Origin: an uncultured Bacteroidales bacterium
GTDB lineage: Bacteria > Bacteroidota > Bacteroidia > Bacteroidales > JBBRXJ01
Length of the DNA: 38,005 bases
Reading direction: 5' to 3'
Assembly (NCBI GenBank): GCA_964601385.1
Contig: CAZRNJ010000002.1
Span: 1 to 38,005, forward strand
Positions 9,307 through 16,263 of the stretch are shown here, in pieces (within the stretch, counting starts at the first letter, position 1; every line of letters begins with the position of its first letter). The translations under genes and the position numbers were made by a program. Below the pieces are notes generated by a model. The model was not told where the DNA came from, made no database searches, and saw only the letters and a program-made list of their open reading frames with translations.

Positions 9307-10575
9307 TTATTTATTATCGAATGTTTCATTATATACAACTGTATTCTGGTTATTTCTAAATTCAACATTATCTACTATCCCATATCCGCTAAATTTTAAA
9401 TGAATACATTTGATACTGCCCAATGACTGCGTGTATCCGAGTTTATAAATCAGCGTTTCGTTGACATACAGTTTTGCTGTATTATCACTTACATCAAAAC
9501 GAATAGTATTCCACTTCATCAGATTATAAGCGAGCGACTGTAATTCATCATAACGGCCGTTGCGCACCGAATCACCGGCAAAAAATGATGTCATGCTGGA
9601 ACAGCCCGTATTAGCCAGTTTAAAACCCGCATCACTTTCAGTAGCCAGCAGTAACATCTCTAGAAAACTACAGTTATTCTGGTTAAACCGACGCCTGAGC
9701 AAAACATCAAAGCTAACAGAAAATTTACTGTCCGTAATATCAAAATCAGCAACATTTTTATATTCTATTTCGAAATCGCGAGTAGTATCAACCCCTGCAA
9801 TAGCAGCTTCGCTAGCCGATATATTCATAGAACTATCATTAATCAGTAATGCCTTATCTATTAAATAATACTCATTATTTTGAATTACACCGCCATCCCA
9901 TCCATCCGACAAAACCAATACTTTCTCATGCGCAATTGGTTTATTTTTATAAATGAGCAGTACGTTATAATAATACGAATTAAAATAGGTATGCGTAACA
10001 ATATTCTCCGTTTTGGGCAACAATTCGAGTTTTCCGGTAGGATTGTACAACTCCCCGAAATCTATATATATTTCATCACCATGCAAGCCACTGATATCAT
10101 AATGAAATGCTGCCGTATGAGGATGATAGCCGCTTAAATTACGACCACTGAAATAATATTCTTCGGGAAAGATACGATTGTAAAAAATTGTTCCCATCCA
10201 GATGATAAAAGCAATAATAACGAGCGTCCCTCCTGACAGAATAATAATTCTACGGCTGATTTTTGTTTTGGATGGATTTGTCTTATTAAATTTCTCTTTA
10301 AAAGCCGACCAGCTTTCGAATCCAAGATATTTTGCTAATGCATTTTTTGTCTCTATCTGAGGATTGAATTTTTCCTTATACGATTTATCCTGTCCTAACA
10401 AACGACGGATAGATGATACACTTAGACGAACACTTGTAGATTGGAATATATCATCACTTAACCGGGTAAAGTGATAATTCGTCCACTCCTCTTTTCTGCC
10501 CCATTGTACCTTATTTTCAATCTCCCGGATGCATTGGTCTAAATGCCTTACCTCATGCTCCATCTGTCCGCTCAT
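9307..10575 (-). CDS. single-pass membrane protein, paralog A (cytoplasmic HTH-like N-domain, TM, PKD-like and jelly-roll-like ectodomain)
   Basis: The start is moved to Met16 (MSGQMEHEV...) because a TATTTTTG -7 box lies inside the longer ORF. TM segment RRIIILSGGTLVIIAFIIWMGTIF. Clear homology to 11085-12374 (EWTN(Y/F)HF, LSVSS(I/V)RRL, I(Y/F)IDFGE, THTY..SYYY, VLSDGW, G(V/I)DTTR). Confidence 0.7.
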   Translation of the reverse strand: MSGQMEHEVRHLDQCIREIENKVQWGRKEEWTNYHFTRLSDDIFQSTSVRLSVSSIRRLLGQDKSYKEKFNPQIETKNALAKYLGFESWSAFKEKFNKTNPSKTKISRRIIILSGGTLVIIAFIIWMGTIFYNRIFPEEYYFSGRNLSGYHPHTAAFHYDISGLHGDEIYIDFGELYNPTGKLELLPKTENIVTHTYFNSYYYNVLLIYKNKPIAHEKVLVLSDGWDGGVIQNNEYYLIDKALLINDSSMNISASEAAIAGVDTTRDFEIEYKNVADFDITDSKFSVSFDVLLRRRFNQNNCSFLEMLLLATESDAGFKLANTGCSSMTSFFAGDSVRNGRYDELQSLAYNLMKWNTIRFDVSDNTAKLYVNETLIYKLGYTQSLGSIKCIHLKFSGYGIVDNVEFRNNQNTVVYNETFDNK

Positions 10576-10600
10576 AGCAATAAAAACTGTTTGATTTAAA

Positions 10601-10608
10601 CAAAAATA
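10601..10608 (-). promoter_or_regulatory. Bacteroidota -7 promoter box (TATTTTTG) for paralog A
   Basis: The reverse complement of CAAAAATA matches TAnnTTTG, 25 nt upstream of the ATG at 10575. The same extended TTATTTTTGTT context occurs upstream of paralog B. Confidence 0.5.
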
Positions 10609-10725
10609 ACCATTATTCATTTAATTACAATAGAATCGAAGCTTTTTGTTTATACAAATTCTGGTTATATACAAAATATGCATTAAAACAGAGCCATAAA
10701 CGTATCAATAAAAATAAACCCATTT

Positions 10726-10753
10726 TATGCAATAGAAGGGTTTCTATTGCATA
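10726..10753. other. perfect 12-bp inverted repeat (TATGCAATAGAA / TTCTATTGCATA) with a 4-nt centre
   Basis: Read directly from the sequence. On the minus strand it is followed about 10 nt later by TTTATTTTTATT. It could be a terminator closing the paralog B transcript or an operator upstream of paralog A. Confidence 0.45.
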
Positions 10754-10870
10754 GCGATTAAGAAAACACATACCATTTGGCTTGTCTATCAACAACCTAA
10801 ATTCGGAATTAACCCAAATAATCCAATAATTTACCATTTCTAATGGTTTCCATTGAATAAGTTGAGTTAA

Positions 10871-11096
10871 TTTGAACCCGAATTTTTCAGTTATAAAAAA
10901 TCAATTGAAAAACACTCTTGAAAATCTAATCGTTAGCTAATTGCTAACAATAAGGTTTTTAAGGCGGCATCGCTTTCGCGTAGCTTATGCCTCCGCTAAA
11001 GCTACGGCAAAATGCGGATAGCGGAGCAAAGGATTACCGCGTTAATGCAATAAAAATGTTGGTTTTATAGTTTACAAGGAATTTCTATTGCAAAAT
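10871..11096 (-). repeat. structured dispersed repeat, copy 1 (full length, about 226 nt)
   Basis: Aligns by eye along its length with 17353-17547, with one 32-nt indel. It shares an exact 22-mer with all copies (10965-10986). The hairpins are described in the findings. Confidence 0.85.
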
Positions 11097-12374
11097 CACG
11101 GTTGAATCAACATCATTGACAAAATCATTCAACACAACAGTCCTATTACTATCAGCAAGCATGATATGATCCAAGGTAACGGGTCCCAAACAATAAAAAT
11201 GAATACCATATAATTCTCCAGCAGTTTTATTATAAGAAAAATTATAAATTTCATTTCCATTAATGCTGATTTTTGTCTTCATGCGGCTCGTTTTAATCAT
11301 AATCTGAACAAATTGAAAAAAATTTTGACTAAAACCATTCAATTCATTGAATCTTCCTGATCGTTTAAAATCGCTGAAGCTAATGCTTGACAGGCCGGAG
11401 CATCCCGGCGTAGTAAAGGTTGCCTTTAAATTATTGTACTTGCCAAGTAAAAGCACGGTGGCATCATGACAACCGCGGCTAAAAGTTGTCCGGCTGATTT
11501 TCATCCTGAAACTTAATGTTAGGTCGTCACACAAAACACCAAATCTGCGGATGTTTTTAAACTCCGTATAATAACTCCGTGTGGTATCAATACCATAAAA
11601 CGCCAATAAACGGGGAGCAAGATACAGGCATGTCTGATGACCAGAATCCCTGTGAATACTATAATATTTGGGGGGGGTGCGAGTAAAAACCCCATATTCC
11701 CATCCATCCGATAAAACATGTACTTTATCCTGCCATAAGATTTTTTTTTCCATCATTATCTTCACAGGATAATAATACGATTGCATATAAGTATGCGTAA
11801 GCACATGGCCACGATCAGGCAGCATTAACCGGTGGGGATTATGAAAAAACTCGCCAAAATCAATAAAAATATCATTATTTCCCTTATTAGAAACACTATA
11901 TTGCGTAATAACCGTTAAGGGTGGGTTTCCCTGGCTCGGAAATAGTGTGGCTACAACTTTTACCGGTCGTAAAAAATAATTACCTGCAAAATATGCTGCA
12001 AATAATCCTCCAACAATAAACAATACTAACCCAATCCGCAAATGAACATACTGCTTAATAACATTCCGTAACCAATATTTATAAATCGTTTCACGTTGTT
12101 TCTCTTTATATCCCAACCAGGTGACACAACCCATAAAACGGGCTAGTGTGGCTCTGGTTTCAGGCTGAGGTATAAAATCTATCCCGCTTGTAAACAGTCG
12201 CCTTACAGATGATACACTCAATGTATCTCCTGTTTTTTCGGTAATCAACTGACTGAGTTTCTGAAAATGAAAATTTGTCCATTCGGTACTTGGCCCCCAA
12301 TGCATCTCCTGTTCTATGTCTGAAAGGCATTTGCGGATGTATAATTTTTCAGTATGAATGAAACGAAAAAACAT
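11085..12374 (-). CDS. single-pass membrane protein, paralog B (same architecture as 9307-10575)
   Basis: 429 aa. TM segment LRIGLVLFIVGGLFAAYFAG. Homology blocks with paralog A are listed above. The last codons and the TAG stop lie inside repeat copy 1. Confidence 0.7.
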   Translation of the reverse strand: MFFRFIHTEKLYIRKCLSDIEQEMHWGPSTEWTNFHFQKLSQLITEKTGDTLSVSSVRRLFTSGIDFIPQPETRATLARFMGCVTWLGYKEKQRETIYKYWLRNVIKQYVHLRIGLVLFIVGGLFAAYFAGNYFLRPVKVVATLFPSQGNPPLTVITQYSVSNKGNNDIFIDFGEFFHNPHRLMLPDRGHVLTHTYMQSYYYPVKIMMEKKILWQDKVHVLSDGWEYGVFTRTPPKYYSIHRDSGHQTCLYLAPRLLAFYGIDTTRSYYTEFKNIRRFGVLCDDLTLSFRMKISRTTFSRGCHDATVLLLGKYNNLKATFTTPGCSGLSSISFSDFKRSGRFNELNGFSQNFFQFVQIMIKTSRMKTKISINGNEIYNFSYNKTAGELYGIHFYCLGPVTLDHIMLADSNRTVVLNDFVNDVDSTVILQ

Positions 12375-12382
12375 AAGAATAA

Positions 12383-12390
12383 CAAAAATA
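12383..12390 (-). promoter_or_regulatory. Bacteroidota -7 promoter box (TATTTTTG) for paralog B
   Basis: The reverse complement matches TAnnTTTG. Only 8 nt separate the box from the ATG at 12374, implying a very short or absent leader. Confidence 0.4.
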
Positions 12391-12754
12391 ATGATTTATC
12401 TTTATAACTCTAATAATTACTTCAATTATGCGCATTACCATCCTGTTGCTTTTCGTAATCTTTCTTAACGCTCCTTACGCCGTCCGATGAGTTGAGATTG
12501 ATTTGAAATATTTTAATCCTGACAGCATTCCGAAAAAAGCCGGTGAACAGGTTTTACCCGGAATATTGCAGTTGGAAAACTGCAAACAGTTCAACCAGTT
12601 TTTCCCGTTGAAGGTACCCGGTAACCAATTCCTTATATATCATCAGATTATTACCAGAATCAGTAAAAATTCTCAAATTATCTATAAATTAAAGAAATAA
12701 ATATTTTTTTGCCTCGTTTAAACTTTTTTAATTCTTCGATGTCTAATACCGGTT

Positions 12755-15208
12755 ATGCAGAATTTGTTTATCTTTTTGTTTTTTAGCATTGGTATTACCA
12801 TCGCCACGGCGCAGCGTCAACCCGGGATGGCTATGGCTGATCTGCCCAAAGAAGGTATTGTTACGGGTAAAGTTCAGGACTCATTAACAGGACAGCACAT
12901 AGAATATGCAACCATTAGTTTATTCCGTAAAAAAGACACCTCCCTGATAACCGGCACCATCACCGACTCGCTGGGGCTATTTCGGCTTGAAGGCCTTCCG
13001 TGTGGTAATTTCTTTATTGAAACCAGCTTTATTGGTTTTGCACATCAACGCACCCCGGCTTTTATGCTTACTCCAAAACAAAAAATCAAAGATATTGGTG
13101 TTATACGTTTGGTTTCTGCAGCAACGCTCACCGGCGAAGTGGAAATTACTGCTCAGCGGCCCAGAATTGAATTCAAACTCGATAAAAAAGTTATTAATGT
13201 CAGTCAGGACATATCCTCCGCAGGCGGCACGGCAGTGAATGTGCTTGAAAATACCCCATCGGTCGAAACCGATATCGAGGGCAATGTTACGCTGCGCGGA
13301 AGCACAAACTTTAAAGTTCTGGTTGATGGAAAGCCAACAATGCTCAAAGGAGCCGAGGCGCTCCGCCAGATCCCGGCCAACACCATCGAAACCATCGAGA
13401 TTATCACTAATCCATCGGCTAAATATGACCCCGACGGCCTGGCAGGTATTATTAATGTAGTTCTGAAAAAAAATAAAACCAGCGGCATAAGCGGAATGAT
13501 CAGTGGATCAGCCAGTAGCGATATGGGCTACAATAGTAGCGTGCTTGTTAACTATCGCACGACCAAATCCAATTTCTTCACAGGCGCAAGTATGAACTCT
13601 ATTAATCATTATGTTTTCCGCGATATCACCCGTGAAATCTATTCTGCCGATACCACCTATCTGCACTCATTGGGCAAAGGAAATATGGAACAGGATAATT
13701 ATAATTTCAAAGCCGGGATGGATTGGTTTCTGACACCCAAAACCTCCTTGTCATTATCGGGCGAGGCAGGCGAATCAAACGGCGGACGTATCTCTGCTCT
13801 CAATTTTTATGAACACGCGTCCATGGGTGATGAAAAATATTATATACGCGAGGGAACCAGGCGTGACCAGGGGCCGGAGTTTAGCAGTACTCTGTCGATC
13901 GATCATACATTTTCAGGCGAACAGAATAAAATCGAAGCTATGGTATTCTATTCGGCCAGACCTGAGACTGAAAACGCAGTCAATACCGAATATATTGCAG
14001 ATGCTTACTGGAATAAAATTGCATTCAGCGATTATCAGCAGCGCTCATTCAGTAATTCCGACAACTATAACTGGCGGATAAAAACCGACTACATAAGGAT
14101 ATTTTCGGAAGACAGCAAATTTGAGGCCGGCGCACAAAGTGATTTTGAAAGAGACAACGGAAATTACCGGTTCGAAAAAAACGACCTTATCACCGGCAAC
14201 TGGGTCAACGATCCGCTGCAAACCAACATGCTCGACTTCCGTCGCGACATCCATGCTGTATACTCGGTGTACTCCAATAAACTGGCCGGAATAGGATTTC
14301 AGGCCGGTCTACGGGGCGAGTTAACCGACATGCTGATTAACCAGCGCACATCAGAACAAACTTTCCGCACCTATACTTTTGATTATTTCCCTGCCCTGCA
14401 CATCTCACGACAGCTTCCGGCCGAACAGCAATTGATGGCCAGCTATAGCCGGCGTATCAACCGTCCCGGAGGCCATGAACTGAACCCCTTCCGGTCGTAT
14501 ATGGACCGTCAGACATTCCGTGTAGGCAATCCGGCGCTCGAATCCGAATACATCAACTCGTACGAACTCGGTTACCAGAAGCGGCTCGGTATATCATTCG
14601 TTTCATTAGAAGGTTATTACCGCCAGACATTGAATAAACTCGAACGCATTTCCCGCTTACTGAACGACTCAACGACATACTACACATATGACAATATCTC
14701 AAGCGACTACTCAACGGGCATTGAACTTACAGCCAATATCATCTTTTCGCACTGGTGGAATGTATTTGCAACCGGCACTATGTACAACTACCGGATCAAA
14801 GGCACTCTGGATACTGATGGTGATGTGAACCAGACCACGAATACCTGGAATATGCGGTTTGCCAATAATTTCCGCTTAAAATGGAACACCCGGATACAGC
14901 TTACAGGCTTCTACTCGGCCCCGACAATTACAGCGCAGGGAGAGCGGGGCGAATTTCTGATGACCGGAATTGGTGTTCGCCATGATTTCCGGAAAGGAAA
15001 ATTCTCGGCAACATTCAATGTTAACGATATTTTCCAATCTATGAAAATTGATATTGCCTCCCGGACAACAAACCTCTACAGCCACTTTATTCTGACACAC
15101 GAAGCGCCAATCTTCAGCTTGTCGCTCACTTACCGCATCAACAATTACAAGGAACAAAAAGGTGAAAACGGCACAACACGTCCGGATATGAACAGTGGCG
15201 ACTTCTGA
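12755..15208 (+). CDS. TonB-dependent-receptor-like outer membrane beta-barrel protein (CarboxypepD_reg-like N-domain, plug, barrel)
   Basis: 817 aa. Signal peptide, then GKVQDSLTGQHIEYATISLF...GTITDSLGLF (carboxypeptidase-regulatory-like fold), plug-like VLENTPSVETDIEGNVTLRG, and a long beta-rich region ending in a C-terminal Phe. Confidence 0.8.
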   Translation: MQNLFIFLFFSIGITIATAQRQPGMAMADLPKEGIVTGKVQDSLTGQHIEYATISLFRKKDTSLITGTITDSLGLFRLEGLPCGNFFIETSFIGFAHQRTPAFMLTPKQKIKDIGVIRLVSAATLTGEVEITAQRPRIEFKLDKKVINVSQDISSAGGTAVNVLENTPSVETDIEGNVTLRGSTNFKVLVDGKPTMLKGAEALRQIPANTIETIEIITNPSAKYDPDGLAGIINVVLKKNKTSGISGMISGSASSDMGYNSSVLVNYRTTKSNFFTGASMNSINHYVFRDITREIYSADTTYLHSLGKGNMEQDNYNFKAGMDWFLTPKTSLSLSGEAGESNGGRISALNFYEHASMGDEKYYIREGTRRDQGPEFSSTLSIDHTFSGEQNKIEAMVFYSARPETENAVNTEYIADAYWNKIAFSDYQQRSFSNSDNYNWRIKTDYIRIFSEDSKFEAGAQSDFERDNGNYRFEKNDLITGNWVNDPLQTNMLDFRRDIHAVYSVYSNKLAGIGFQAGLRGELTDMLINQRTSEQTFRTYTFDYFPALHISRQLPAEQQLMASYSRRINRPGGHELNPFRSYMDRQTFRVGNPALESEYINSYELGYQKRLGISFVSLEGYYRQTLNKLERISRLLNDSTTYYTYDNISSDYSTGIELTANIIFSHWWNVFATGTMYNYRIKGTLDTDGDVNQTTNTWNMRFANNFRLKWNTRIQLTGFYSAPTITAQGERGEFLMTGIGVRHDFRKGKFSATFNVNDIFQSMKIDIASRTTNLYSHFILTHEAPIFSLSLTYRINNYKEQKGENGTTRPDMNSGDF

Positions 15209-15416
15209 AACAACCCGCCAAACTCTGATTCAGGCAGCGCTCCCGGTAAAGCAAAAAAAACAGCAACTATTGACAAATCTCTAAAACACCCTGTTCATCG
15301 GTGTTTCAGGTGAAATCATCCGCACCGGTACCGGAGCATCTATCCCCGATCAAAAAAAATGTCCTGGAATATGAAATTTTTGCTTACAGAATGTTAAATT
15401 TATTTTTTTATGTTTT

Positions 15417-15424
15417 ATCTTTGT
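15417..15424 (+). promoter_or_regulatory. -7 promoter box TATCTTTG upstream of pdaD
   Basis: Exact TAnnTTTG match, 56 nt upstream of the ATG at 15481. Confidence 0.5.
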
Positions 15425-15480
15425 GTTCAAATTAATAAACCATAATTTATGTTTAAAACTAAAAAATTTACCTAGCTAAA

Positions 15481-16083
15481 ATGAAAGACCTAGTTCTCAG
15501 TAATGCGTTAGTTAAGACAACTAACAGATTACGCAGCAATGCCCCTCTCCAGGGCGGCTTAATCATTGGTAACAGAATTCCGAAAGAATACTTTGTCACC
15601 AAGGGAACAGGAGAAAGTGAAATCACAGTGCATGCAGGGTCCTATCACCTTGCATTGAAGTCCGCCGGGATAGAAATGGCAAACATCATTACCTACTCGT
15701 CTATACTTCCCGGTATCGCCAAAAAAATCCACAAACCAAAAGAGATCATTCACGGAGCAGTTATGGAAACCATTATGGCGGTTGCTAACGGCCATAAAGG
15801 CGAACTGGTATCTGCCGGTATTATCAATGGCTGGCTGATTGACCGTGAAACAGGCCACCGCTACGGAGGTCTGGTTTGTGAACACAATGGCAATTACACC
15901 CTCAAACAGCTCGAAAATAAACTCGAAGCGAGTTTGAATGAGCTTTACATTAACGGGTTCGAAGAACGCTATGCGCTTCAAAACATCGAAATGCACACCT
16001 CATCGTTAACGCCCCGGAAAGAGTACGGTTCAGCCATCGTGGCGCTGTGCTTCACTAGTTATCTGTATCCCATCCTGGCCTGA
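15481..16083 (+). CDS. pdaD: pyruvoyl-dependent arginine decarboxylase
   Basis: 200 aa. IPKEYFVTKGTGES, HAGSYHLALKSAGIEMANIITYSSILP (self-cleavage serine region). The size and C-terminal region fit the PdaD family. Confidence 0.8.
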   Translation: MKDLVLSNALVKTTNRLRSNAPLQGGLIIGNRIPKEYFVTKGTGESEITVHAGSYHLALKSAGIEMANIITYSSILPGIAKKIHKPKEIIHGAVMETIMAVANGHKGELVSAGIINGWLIDRETGHRYGGLVCEHNGNYTLKQLENKLEASLNELYINGFEERYALQNIEMHTSSLTPRKEYGSAIVALCFTSYLYPILA

Positions 16084-16106
16084 TAACTTAACAACCACAA
16101 AATACC

Positions 16107-16139
16107 AAACTCCTTCTTCCCCGGAAGGAGTTTTTTTTT
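16107..16139 (+). terminator. rho-independent terminator after pdaD
   Basis: Stem AAACTCCTTC / GAAGGAGTTT with loop TTCCCCG, followed by a T run extending the 3' arm. Confidence 0.85.
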
Positions 16140-16218
16140 CTATATCATCATGTTTGAAATATTAAATCTTTTGTTAATATCTTTTAGTCCATGCTTTCTG
16201 ATTTTTTCTTTATTCTCT

Positions 16219-16226
16219 TAAGTTTG
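16219..16226 (+). promoter_or_regulatory. -7 promoter box TAAGTTTG upstream of the DHS-like gene
   Basis: Exact TAnnTTTG match, 37 nt upstream of the ATG at 16264. Confidence 0.5.
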
Positions 16227-16263
16227 CACCTGCAAATGATAAACATTAAAAACCATCACTGCA

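Noticed and set aside
10625-10837. 70-aa minus-strand ORF in the spacer upstream of paralog A
   Set aside because: It has no promoter box or recognisable motif and it spans the 12-bp palindrome. It is more likely non-coding, though a tiny membrane protein cannot be excluded.
10965-10991. Group II intron domain V-like hairpin (GNRA-capped) in the repeat core
   Set aside because: The stem is far shorter than the roughly 14-bp domain V. It has no AGC triad or 2-nt bulge geometry, and there is no reverse transcriptase or other intron domain nearby.
10994-11008. CGCTAAAGCTACGGC in repeat copy 1 resembles the ACGCAAAGCUACGGG segment of c-di-GMP-I (GEMM) riboswitches
   Set aside because: It has an extra U and no preceding GGCAAAC or tetraloop-receptor arrangement. 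It is on the strand opposite the one favoured by the other evidence. The segment is deleted in copy 2 and not conserved in copy 3.
12484-12491. Hammerhead-like CCGATGAG
   Set aside because: The core requires CUGANGA, and here the second base is C. There is no matching GAAA or stem arrangement nearby.
12503-12700. 65-aa plus-strand ORF (TTG start) in the paralog B / receptor spacer
   Set aside because: It has a non-ATG start, no signal peptide or motif, and contains the GNRA hairpin. I treated it as non-coding.
12400-12754. Cobalamin or TPP riboswitch upstream of the TonB-like receptor
   Set aside because: I looked for the B12 box (GCCACTG core) and the TPP CTGAGA / ACCTGATCTGGATAATGCCAGCG elements and found neither.
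15284-15306. Hairpin AAACACC-N9-GGTGTTT downstream of the OM receptor as a terminator
   Set aside because: The stem is only 7 bp and there is no U tract beyond the TTT of the stem. The support is too weak to call a feature.
15450-15476. 8-codon upstream ORF (MFKTKKFT*) in the pdaD leader, by analogy with polyamine-sensing leader peptides
   Set aside because: Such a short ORF is expected by chance in AT-rich leader sequence, and there is no supporting structure or conservation I can assess.
15559-15996. Long antisense ORFs inside pdaD (15559-15996), the DHS-like gene (16218-16607, 16797-17147), pheT (22570-22986, 24007-24399) and other genes
   Set aside because: All lie opposite confidently identified genes, have odd composition and no recognisable domains. 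They are typical shadow ORFs.
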